DNA of 64,000 nucleotides from a bacterium (GTDB lineage Bacteria; Patescibacteriota; Minisyncoccia; Phycocordibacterales; UBA5272). Shown piece by piece: positions 16,204-23,831 of the stretch. Both the position numbers and the translations under genes were made by a program. Positions within the stretch are counted from its first letter, which is position 1, and the number at the start of each line of letters is the position of its first letter. Under the pieces are notes generated by a model. The model made no database searches, was not told where the DNA came from, and was given only the letters and a program-made list of their open reading frames with translations. Where the stretch lies: the NCBI GenBank assembly GCA_043765155.1, contig JAYUJP010000001.1, forward strand, positions 19,268-83,267, written 5' to 3'.

Positions 16204-19176
16204 CTACTGGCACCCATCACATGTAGACTCGGGAGCTACTGTTATGTTATAGGCTGTTTTTGTTGCCGGCGCTGCACCCATATTGTATACTGCGGGCTGC
16301 GCAGGGTTAACCGTACTTGAGTTATTACTTGAAGCGGCGCTACTCATGCTTATCGGCTCTGGAGCTGCAGATATATTCATGGCTGATATTGGTGACGCTA
16401 CTGGACCAGGTATTTTTGTATCATTCATAATACCTACTACTGGATTATCAAGAGGTGTTGTATTTTTACTATCTCTCTTGTGTGTAGCTCCAAATTCTGC
16501 GCTGCTAACTGTACTCTTCTCAACCTGACTTGCTCCTAGTGAGCGGAGATAATAGGTAGTCTTGAGTCCCATTTTCCATGCGTACTCGTATATACTAGCC
16601 AAATCTTTTCCACTTGTACCTGCATAATATATATTGAGTGACTGTGACTGATCTATCCACTTTGCCCTATAGGCCGCAGTTCTGATTAGCCATTTTGCGT
16701 CTATTTCAAATACCTCTTTGTATTTATCTTTTAAGTCCTGAGGTACTGTTGTTATATTTCTAACACTACCATCATTATACTTTAGCTGGCCCATCATTTC
16801 ATAATCCCAAAGATTTCTAGCCTTTAAATCTTTTACAAGATATGGATTTATAACTATAAAGTCACCGTTCATATTTGCCTTTACGTATATATTTTTATAT
16901 ATTGGCTCTATACATGGTATTGACCCGACGATATTTGATATAGTCGCTGTCGGAGCTACTGCCATACAGTTACTGTTACGCATACCATAATTTTTAACAT
17001 TTGCCCTAACCAGTGACCAGTCAAGCTTACCCTCTTTTGAGACGTCGATATGCTCACCGCGTGACTCCTCGAGTAGCCTTAGCGTATCTTGAGGCATCAT
17101 ACCCCTATCCCATTTACTACCCTTATAACTCTCATATGCTCCGCGTTCTTTTGCCAGCTCGCTACTTGCGAGTATTGCATTATAAGATATAATCTCCATA
17201 CTCTCGTCTGAGAATATTACCGCTTGCTCACTATCAAAATTAATATTTAACTTGTATAGTGCGTCATGGAAACCCATCACTCCAAGTCCGACCGGCCTAT
17301 GTCTAAAGTTAGAATTTTTAGCCTCAATGGTTGGGTAAAAATTAATATCTATCACGTTATCGAGCATACGCATCGCGGTCTTAATAGTACTAGCGACTAG
17401 GTCCTTGTCGAGAGCGCCGTTTATAATATGCGCTTCATAATTAAATGAACCCAAATTACATACTGCGGTCTCCTCTAGGTTATTATTAAGAGTAATCTCT
17501 GTACACAGATTAGAATTACGCACTATACCGGCATGATCCTGAGGTGATCTTACATTTGATGGGTCCTTAAAAGTAATCCAAGGATGCCCTGTCTCAAATA
17601 GCATTGTTATCTGCTTTTTCCAAAGATCGCGCGCCTTCATCTCTTTGAATAATTTTATCTCACCAGCTTTCGCCTTAGCTTCATAAGCTATATAATTATT
17701 TTCAAAGTCCTTACCATAACTCTCGGTTAATAGTGGCACCTCTTCTGGTGAAAATAGTGTCCAGGCTCCGTCCTCACGCACACGCTTCATAAATGTATCT
17801 GAGATCCATAATGCAGTATTCATGTCATGTGTCCTACGTCTCTCGTCTCCAGTATTTTTACGTAGCTCAAGGAACTCCTCCACATCTAGATGCCAATTCT
17901 CAAGATACACGCACGCCGCCCCTCTTCTTCTGCCTGATCTATTAATAGCAACTGTCGAGCTGTCAGCTATTTTTAGAAAAGGTATAATACCATTACTCTT
18001 GATACCTGACCCCTTAACTAGTGCTCCGCTCGCACGTACATTGGTCCAATTAGTTCCTATACCGCCGGCCCATTTAGAGAGCTGTGCATTGTCCCCATAT
18101 ACTTTGTATATACTCTCCAGATCATCTCCAACACTATTTAGATAGCAAGATGATAGCTGTGGGTGATGTGTACCTGCATGAAATAATGTAGGTGATGATG
18201 GTACAAACTTCATAGTGGACATAACATTATAGAACTCTACAGCTTTTTCATTTTTATTTTCCGCTTTTTCTGATATAGCTAGGCCCATAGCTGTTCTCAT
18301 CCAGAAACCCTGAAGATCCTCAAGTATACGCCTAGTATCATTTGTATCCCTGACAAAATATCTCTCGTACAGTGTCTGCGTACCCATATACATCATAAGG
18401 TCATCACGCTTATAGTCCATAGCGTCTACTATCTTTTCTAGGTCAAAGTCATTCATTCTTGGATCTATATAACCCTTCTCTATTCCAAATTTTAAATTCT
18501 TGTTAAAAGATTGACGTAGAGAGCTATGTAGCTTATTATGATCTTTTATTTTTTCACCAACATGCTCAGCATACACGTCACGCATAAGTAATCTTGATGC
18601 TACATAACTATAAGCCGGGTCCAACTCTATCATTGAGCGCACTATCATAACTACTAGCCTAGCTAATTCTTTTGTGGTTATACCATCATGAACCTCCAGC
18701 TTTATCTGTGATATTATCTTTTCTATGTCTATCTCTTTTTCAAATCCGCCCACCACATAACCTAGTGACTTTCTCATTTTCTTTTCTGAAAAGCCCTGCA
18801 TTCTGCCATCACGTTTTGTTACCTTAAGCGCGCTCTCTTCTAATTTTTCTAGGTCCTCTAGCTTTTTCTCATCACGTATTTTCTGATGCTCATATCTGTA
18901 TATAATGTATTCCTTAGCTACATCAAAAAATCCTGCACTCATTATGTGCTTCTCGACAAGGTCCTGCACATGCTCCACACTAGGAGTATATTCCTCACGT
19001 GTCATAGCCTCAAGCTCTAGCTCTTTTTGTACTAGCTCACTAATATGCTTAGATACTTGCGCGTGCTCATCACGAGTGATTTGTATAAAAGCTTTCTTAA
19101 CTACATTTTCTATTTTTGACATTTCAAATGGGACTACTTCATTATTTCTTTTTTTGATAAAAGTTAAAGGATTCAT
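16204..19176 (-). CDS. nrdA: Class I ribonucleotide reductase large (alpha) subunit. It has an N-terminal ATP-cone and a C-terminal low-complexity tail of about 110 aa ending in CDGCQ.
   Basis: N-terminal ATP-cone (VVPFEMSKIENVVKKA...). Catalytic-core motifs include NLCTEI, PTATIS and SCYLNS. The C-terminal CxxC redox pair is present. Confidence 0.9.
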   Translation of the reverse strand: MNPLTFIKKRNNEVVPFEMSKIENVVKKAFIQITRDEHAQVSKHISELVQKELELEAMTREEYTPSVEHVQDLVEKHIMSAGFFDVAKEYIIYRYEHQKIRDEKKLEDLEKLEESALKVTKRDGRMQGFSEKKMRKSLGYVVGGFEKEIDIEKIISQIKLEVHDGITTKELARLVVMIVRSMIELDPAYSYVASRLLMRDVYAEHVGEKIKDHNKLHSSLRQSFNKNLKFGIEKGYIDPRMNDFDLEKIVDAMDYKRDDLMMYMGTQTLYERYFVRDTNDTRRILEDLQGFWMRTAMGLAISEKAENKNEKAVEFYNVMSTMKFVPSSPTLFHAGTHHPQLSSCYLNSVGDDLESIYKVYGDNAQLSKWAGGIGTNWTNVRASGALVKGSGIKSNGIIPFLKIADSSTVAINRSGRRRGAACVYLENWHLDVEEFLELRKNTGDERRRTHDMNTALWISDTFMKRVREDGAWTLFSPEEVPLLTESYGKDFENNYIAYEAKAKAGEIKLFKEMKARDLWKKQITMLFETGHPWITFKDPSNVRSPQDHAGIVRNSNLCTEITLNNNLEETAVCNLGSFNYEAHIINGALDKDLVASTIKTAMRMLDNVIDINFYPTIEAKNSNFRHRPVGLGVMGFHDALYKLNINFDSEQAVIFSDESMEIISYNAILASSELAKERGAYESYKGSKWDRGMMPQDTLRLLEESRGEHIDVSKEGKLDWSLVRANVKNYGMRNSNCMAVAPTATISNIVGSIPCIEPIYKNIYVKANMNGDFIVINPYLVKDLKARNLWDYEMMGQLKYNDGSVRNITTVPQDLKDKYKEVFEIDAKWLIRTAAYRAKWIDQSQSLNIYYAGTSGKDLASIYEYAWKMGLKTTYYLRSLGASQVEKSTVSSAEFGATHKRDSKNTTPLDNPVVGIMNDTKIPGPVASPISAMNISAAPEPISMSSAASSNNSSTVNPAQPAVYNMGAAPATKTAYNITVAPESTCDGCQ

Positions 19177-19550
19177 ATTTTTTTGTAAATTGTTTTTATA
19201 ATAATTTGACTATAAACTTGGCAGTTTCTAATATTAGTATATTACTACAAAAAATAGATAACTTTACAACACTTTTTGCGTATGTAAATAGTATTTTAAT
19301 CAAAACAAAAATAACTTTAACATGGGTACTAATAATGTCAAATAAAATACGCAAAATATTTTAAAATAAAGCTTAAAATAAACTTCTAAGCATAAATTAA
19401 ACTATTTTTTAGCAAAACATAATGTATATTTTGAAAAGTTATAGGATTATAAAAGTTATACACAGAGAAAATATTAAGTTGCTATTTTTATATATCTGTG
19501 TTATTATTTTATTGGATTTTGAATTTTTAAAATTTTAAAGGGAAAGTCAA

Positions 19551-20036
19551 ATGGGTAAAAAAGTATCAGCATACACCAAGCAAATGAAAATACTGTTAGG
19601 TGCTAACTCAGAACTAACAGCTAAAAATAAGCGCATGCAAAAAATAATTAATGATTTTCAAGAATCTGTCGCAAATCTTATGTCTAATCTGGACCATGAG
19701 ATATATCTTTTGAATGTTGAACCTGTAAGTAACGCACTTTTAAGCAGGCAGATAAAAGATTTGTTAACTTTAAATGTTGAACCTATAAGTAACGCACTTT
19801 TAAGCACGCAAATAAAAGATTTGGTAAATATAGAAGTTAGAACAAAAAACTGCCTGCGCGGCGATGGTATACATTTTGTGGGTCAATTAGTGCCCCTTAC
19901 GGAAAATAAACTTTTAAGAATACAACATTTTGGCCCTCAGTCTTTACATAGACTAAACAAAATTCTTGCTTTGCATAACCTAAGCCTAGGTATGAGTGTA
20001 GGCGACTGGGAACCACCACAAGAACAAAAAAATTAA
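19551..20036 (+). CDS. Orphan RNA polymerase alpha-subunit C-terminal-domain (alphaCTD)-like protein with an N-terminal coiled-coil region and an internal 20-aa duplication.
   Basis: The C-terminal IEVRTKNCLRGDGIHFVGQLVPLTENKLLRIQHFGPQSLHRLNKILALHNLSLGM matches the alphaCTD pattern (LSVRSxNCLKxxxIxxxGDLVxxTExELLxxxNxGxKSLxEIxxxLxxxGLSLGM). Confidence 0.55.
   Translation: MGKKVSAYTKQMKILLGANSELTAKNKRMQKIINDFQESVANLMSNLDHEIYLLNVEPVSNALLSRQIKDLLTLNVEPISNALLSTQIKDLVNIEVRTKNCLRGDGIHFVGQLVPLTENKLLRIQHFGPQSLHRLNKILALHNLSLGMSVGDWEPPQEQKN
19713..19832. repeat. Tandem direct duplication, 2 x 60 bp at about 90% identity, inside the alphaCTD-like gene.
   Basis: aatgttgaacctgtaagtaacgcacttttaagcaggcagataaaagatttg... 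is repeated as aatgttgaacctataagtaacgcacttttaagcacgcaaataaaagatttg... The protein repeat is LNVEP(V/I)SNALLS(R/T)QIKDL. Confidence 0.7.
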
Positions 20037-20123
20037 GCAAAATTTTCTGTGTTAGTCTCTGAAGATATAGAAAACACCTAGACCTGTAGCATTACTATGT
20101 TACGGGTTTTTATTTTATTATTT

Positions 20124-21422
20124 TTATTTTTTTATAAAATTATCAGCCCTCTTTTCTTTGTGATACTTGATCGCGAATCTATGAGCTTCAGAGTTAGCGA
20201 GTATTATGGACTTTTTGAGTCTCTCTATTTCTATTTTTGTCTTGGCTATATTTGTAGACTCTAGGCCGAGTACCTCACGCGCTTTGTGCTTGTCATCTTT
20301 TACAACGCTACAAGTAGCTACTAATATATTCATACTCGCGAGCACCTTTTCGCCAATATTTTTCTGACCCTCTCCGCCGTCAAATACAACCAAGTCAGGC
20401 GTAGGCCACTCAGTATGTTTGAATCTCCTTTTCATCAGCTCGACTATACCAGCATAATCATCATTAACATTTTCAACCAGCTTAAACTTTCTATACTCAG
20501 CTATATCTTTTTTACCCCCGGTTACAACGGTCATAACCCCAACACGCGCAGTGCCTGACATATGAGCTACGTCATAGGCCTCAATACGAAAATCTTTACC
20601 CTTAAAGTCCACTATCTCCTCATCCTTGATCAGCGACACGTCACGTATATGATCTAGAGCCCATAATGTGTTTCTCATTTTAGCCGCCATTTCAAAGTTC
20701 TCCTTTTTAGCATAATCCTCCATATCACTTTTTACATCTCTTTTAATTTTGGACATATTGCCCTCAAAAAGATCCTTGATATGCTTGATATTTTTTTTAT
20801 AATCTTCTTTTTTAATTAGTCCTACGCAGCATCCAGGACATAATCTTATCTGCGCGTTAAAACAAGGCTTGCTCATACCTATCTCACATCTATCACGAAA
20901 AGGGAATATCTTCCTTATTATTTTTATCGCGTCTTTTATTTGCATTCCATTTGTAAATGGACCATAAACTTTATCGACTTTTTCTATATTACCACTTGTG
21001 GCCTTTTTGCTAGCTACAAATCTCTTTTCATAATCACGTACGCGCATAGTCAGCACACGTGGATAATCCTCCTTGGTTATAACTACGCAGGTGTATGTCT
21101 TATTATCTTTTTCTTTGGTGTTAAATACTGGCTGATTTTTTTTGATCAGCTGATTCTCGAGCAGTAACGCCTCTAGCACGCTACTAGTAACCTGATAAGT
21201 CACATGTTCAGCAGCTAGCACCATGTTAACTATTTTTAATCCTCTGGTTTCTGAGATATCTTTTGCAAAGTAACTTTTTGTCCTGTCACGCAGATTAGTC
21301 GCCTTACCAATATACAAGATATTACCCAGATTATTATTAGCTTCATTTTTGTCCCCATCTCTAAAAAAGTACACTCCTGGTAGCTCGGGTAAATCTAATT
21401 TTTCTAGGTCTATCTTTTTCAT
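20124..21422 (-). CDS. uvrC: Compact UvrC-like excinuclease: GIY-YIG, UvrBC-interaction and RNase-H-like endonuclease domains, with no C-terminal (HhH)2.
   Basis: GIY-YIG at the N-terminus (LPELPGVYFFRD...ILYIGKATNLRDRTKSYF). EMAAKMRNTLWAL is a UvrBC-like motif. RIEAYDVAHMSG and LVVFDGGEGQ mark the UvrC endonuclease domain. At 432 aa it is about 170 aa shorter than the roughly 600-aa typical UvrC. Confidence 0.7.
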   Translation of the reverse strand: MKKIDLEKLDLPELPGVYFFRDGDKNEANNNLGNILYIGKATNLRDRTKSYFAKDISETRGLKIVNMVLAAEHVTYQVTSSVLEALLLENQLIKKNQPVFNTKEKDNKTYTCVVITKEDYPRVLTMRVRDYEKRFVASKKATSGNIEKVDKVYGPFTNGMQIKDAIKIIRKIFPFRDRCEIGMSKPCFNAQIRLCPGCCVGLIKKEDYKKNIKHIKDLFEGNMSKIKRDVKSDMEDYAKKENFEMAAKMRNTLWALDHIRDVSLIKDEEIVDFKGKDFRIEAYDVAHMSGTARVGVMTVVTGGKKDIAEYRKFKLVENVNDDYAGIVELMKRRFKHTEWPTPDLVVFDGGEGQKNIGEKVLASMNILVATCSVVKDDKHKAREVLGLESTNIAKTKIEIERLKKSIILANSEAHRFAIKYHKEKRADNFIKK

Positions 21423-21596
21423 TTTTTTGGTTATCTTAAAATTAAAACTTGTGTATAATCTTAATCTATGTTACTTGTTATTATATAACATTTGTGTTAT
21501 AATAACAACTTCTCTAAGCAAATTGTAAATCTGAGGCATACTGTCAAAAGATACAATTATAAGACTTTTTGAAAAACAAAAAAGAGGAAGTAAATT

Positions 21597-21755
21597 ATGA
21601 GTTCTTTAGGTTTTAACTTTGCAGTGACTGGGTACTTTTGTGCACAGCTAATAACTGCGTTATTCAGGAGTGAAGTTGCCAAAAACAAAATAGAAAGAGA
21701 AAGAAAAATTGACGCTAGGGTTTTAAAATCCTGGCCTGGGCAATTATCTAACTAA
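21597..21755 (+). CDS. Possible small protein of 52 aa, hypothetical.
   Basis: ATG preceded by aagaggaag. It translates to MSSLGFNFAVTGYFCAQLITALFRSEVAKNKIERERKIDARVLKSWPGQLSN. It lies in a cassette with the next small ORF. Confidence 0.25.
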   Translation: MSSLGFNFAVTGYFCAQLITALFRSEVAKNKIERERKIDARVLKSWPGQLSN

Positions 21756-21770
21756 AAACGGAGACAAGAA

Positions 21771-21965
21771 ATGAGTGTTGAACAAAAACAACCCGAGAAT
21801 CTTCATAGTCAACAAGAAGAAGCAAGAACTAATCCTTGGAATCAAGGAAATGTGCGGCTTCATCAGCCCGGTGTGAATTGGATGAGAAAAGAGCCTCCCG
21901 GCATTCCACATTATCCGCCAATAGGCCTCAGCAGACATGCTATGGGGGATAATTACCACCGCTGA
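21771..21965 (+). CDS. Hypothetical Pro/Gly-rich small protein of 64 aa.
   Basis: RBS-like ggagacaagaa precedes the ATG, and a terminator follows. No known family. Confidence 0.3.
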   Translation: MSVEQKQPENLHSQQEEARTNPWNQGNVRLHQPGVNWMRKEPPGIPHYPPIGLSRHAMGDNYHR

Positions 21966-22004
21966 ACTCAATTTTGTAACTTTTAGTTACAAACCCAAAC
22001 AACA

Positions 22005-22046
22005 ACCGCCCGCAATGACAAAAGTCATAGCGAGCGGTTTTTTTAT
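22005..22046. terminator. Intrinsic terminator (AACCGCCCGC..tgacaaaagtca..GCGAGCGGTT followed by TTTTTTT).
   Basis: Imperfect GC stem with an internal mini-palindrome followed by a 7-T run. Confidence 0.55.
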
Positions 22047-22067
22047 TGCTAATTTTTATCACCTAAA

Positions 22068-22111
22068 AGCACATATTAAAACTTCTTAAAAGTTCTAATA
22101 TGTGCTATAAT
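22068..22111 (+). promoter_or_regulatory. Candidate operator-promoter. Inverted repeats of 15 bp (AGCACATATTAAAAC / GTTCTAATATGTGCT, 14 of 15 matching, 9-bp spacer) overlap an extended -10 (TGcTATAAT).
   Basis: The palindrome lies about 100 bp upstream of the 105-aa ORF. TATAAT is at 22106..22111 and is preceded by TGn. Confidence 0.4.
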
Positions 22112-22211
22112 TTTATCTTGTTAATCCACACCGAAAAGTAAAAGATTGGCAAAAGGCGTTACAAGCTAAATGCTTGTAATTCGTTCAACAAAAAAGGAAA
22201 TAATTTAATTA

Positions 22212-22529
22212 ATGGCAATCGAAACTAAAAAAGTCGCTCTTTCAAAAAAGCTTTCAGAGGTGTACAAAGATTTTGCTAAATATGTAACGGAAATGATAAC
22301 CGGCTTACAGGAAAAAGGCAGATTGCAAAGATCTCTGGCTCGCGGGGAAAGAGTAAAGATATTGGCTAATATGACAAAAATGCATGACAAACTCTGCAAA
22401 GCTTTTAAGGAAAAGTATCCTGAGGGGTTAATGCCTTTGACAAATGTTCAAAGGTTCTATCAGGAAGTTATTTTCCCCAAAGTCTTTATTGTTGTTGGCG
22501 CATCACCAAGAATAAGCGCAAGGTATTAA
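22212..22529 (+). CDS. Hypothetical protein of 105 aa.
   Basis: ORF with RBS aaaaggaaat and a downstream terminator. No recognised family. Confidence 0.45.
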   Translation: MAIETKKVALSKKLSEVYKDFAKYVTEMITGLQEKGRLQRSLARGERVKILANMTKMHDKLCKAFKEKYPEGLMPLTNVQRFYQEVIFPKVFIVVGASPRISARY

Positions 22530-22561
22530 ACTGTAAAAATTTATCTAAAATCAAAATTAAA

Positions 22562-22598
22562 ACGCGGCACATGCAAATGTGACCGCGTCTTTTATTTA
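22562..22598. terminator. Intrinsic terminator hairpin (ACGCGGCACAT-gcaa-ATGTGaCCGCGT followed by CTTTTATTT).
   Basis: About 11-bp stem with one bulge, and a T-tract. Confidence 0.55.
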
Positions 22599-22634
22599 TA
22601 ATATTACTATATAATTAATTTTAAAATATATTAA

Positions 22635-22955
22635 TTATATGGACAGGGTTTCAGCTATTTCTCTTGCTAACTTTTGGTTATTTTCTTTATTTACTGATCT
22701 TAGTAAATCCTTAACTAGCTCAATAACTTTCTCTTTACTTTTATTATCGTATACGTCTATTAAATTATACAATCTTAGAAATTCTCCCTTAGAGTAATCA
22801 AAAGGTAAGCCGGACTTGTTAAAAGCCTGATCTAATAAATTGCTTTTTTCTGGATCAAGTGTATCTAAGCATAATTCTAATCCCTGTTCCGGGCTTTTAG
22901 CTTCTTCAGGTTTTTCATCTGGGACTGAGTTTGAGTTTATATTTTCTTGATTCAT
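22635..22955 (-). CDS. Hypothetical acidic protein of about 106 aa. The likely start is MNQEN.... The longer 131-aa ORF overlaps the peroxiredoxin gene.
   Basis: ORF downstream of the peroxiredoxin gene on the same strand. The internal ATG start avoids a 17-nt overlap. Confidence 0.4.
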   Translation of the reverse strand: MNQENINSNSVPDEKPEEAKSPEQGLELCLDTLDPEKSNLLDQAFNKSGLPFDYSKGEFLRLYNLIDVYDNKSKEKVIELVKDLLRSVNKENNQKLAREIAETLSI

Positions 22956-23013
22956 ATGTTTATTACTTTTAAAATTATCTCTACTGTATAATTCTAAAAA
23001 TTTAATTATAATT

Positions 23014-23775
23014 TTAGATCTTACCAACAAGGTCCACCCCTGGAGTTAGTACGTCGTCACCTGGTTCCCATTTTGCAGGACATACATTAGCACCGTTTTC
23101 ACGGACAAATTTGGCCGCTTGTAACTTTCTATATAACTCCTTTGCATTACGCCCTATGCCATTGTCATTGATCTCTATAATACGTAATACTCCGTCTGGA
23201 TCTATTACAAATGTACCGCGCATGGCCATGCCTTCGTCCTTTACTAGCACATTATAATATCTTGCTAGCTCATGAGTAGTATCAGCAAGCATAGGGAAAT
23301 TAATTTTCTTTATAGTATCACTAGCGTCATGCCATGCCTTATGCGCGTACACGCTATCAGTCGATATAGCTAACACCTCAGCACCGAGGGCCTTGAACTT
23401 TTCATAATACTCAGACATATCCTCAAGCTCAGTAGGACATACAAAAGTAAAGTCAGCTGGATAAAAAAACAATACCACCCACTTATCAGCATAATCTGAG
23501 AGCATTACGTCTTTTATTTTACCTTCATGAAAAGCTTGTAAGCTAAAATCATCTACATTTTTACCTATAGTAACTGTCTCACTGGCCATGTCACTGTAAA
23601 AAGAATTCTGATTAAGACTTTTCATACAAGCTCCCCCATTTTGACATGGACAATCTTCACATCCCTGGCCGCAGCAGCCTCCATTTGCTCCGCATGTATT
23701 ATTTCCACACATATTCATATTATCATCTTCTCCACTTGTGTTATTCATGTTATCATTTTTTTTAAAGCCGAACAT
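23014..23775 (-). CDS. Typical 2-Cys peroxiredoxin (AhpC/Prx1 family) with an N-terminal Cys-rich extension of about 50 aa, which is unusual.
   Basis: The peroxidatic Cys motif FTFVCPTE and the resolving Cys VCPAKW are present. The N-terminal MCGNNTCGANGGCCGQGCEDCPCQNGGAC carries 9 Cys in 30 residues. Confidence 0.8.
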   Translation of the reverse strand: MFGFKKNDNMNNTSGEDDNMNMCGNNTCGANGGCCGQGCEDCPCQNGGACMKSLNQNSFYSDMASETVTIGKNVDDFSLQAFHEGKIKDVMLSDYADKWVVLFFYPADFTFVCPTELEDMSEYYEKFKALGAEVLAISTDSVYAHKAWHDASDTIKKINFPMLADTTHELARYYNVLVKDEGMAMRGTFVIDPDGVLRIIEINDNGIGRNAKELYRKLQAAKFVRENGANVCPAKWEPGDDVLTPGVDLVGKI

Positions 23776-23831
23776 ATTTTTAGTTTTAGATATTATCTGT
23801 TAATATATATATTATAACACATAATACTATT

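Noticed and set aside
15192-16530. GC-rich patches (about 48% GC) at 15.2-15.5 kb, 16.2-16.5 kb, 21.8-22.0 kb, 12.4-12.6 kb and 23.6-23.78 kb. I considered them as horizontally acquired DNA.
   Set aside because: Each patch is coding and encodes Ala/Gly/Pro/Cys-rich low-complexity peptide segments (GCN/GGN/CCN codons). The GC rise is explained by amino-acid composition, not by foreign origin.
16204-19176. A possible intein or group I intron in the 990-aa nrdA.
   Set aside because: The extra length is accounted for by the N-terminal ATP-cone and the C-terminal low-complexity tail. No Hint/LAGLIDADG-like block interrupts the catalytic core motifs.
19459-19502. An NrdR-box-like inverted repeat (tacacaga...tctgtgtt) upstream of nrdA.
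   Set aside because: The arms are only 8 bp, separated by 28 bp. This is unlike the 16-bp NrdR palindrome. It lies about 300 bp from the nrdA start and only about 50 bp from the alphaCTD-like gene, so it more plausibly belongs to that promoter.
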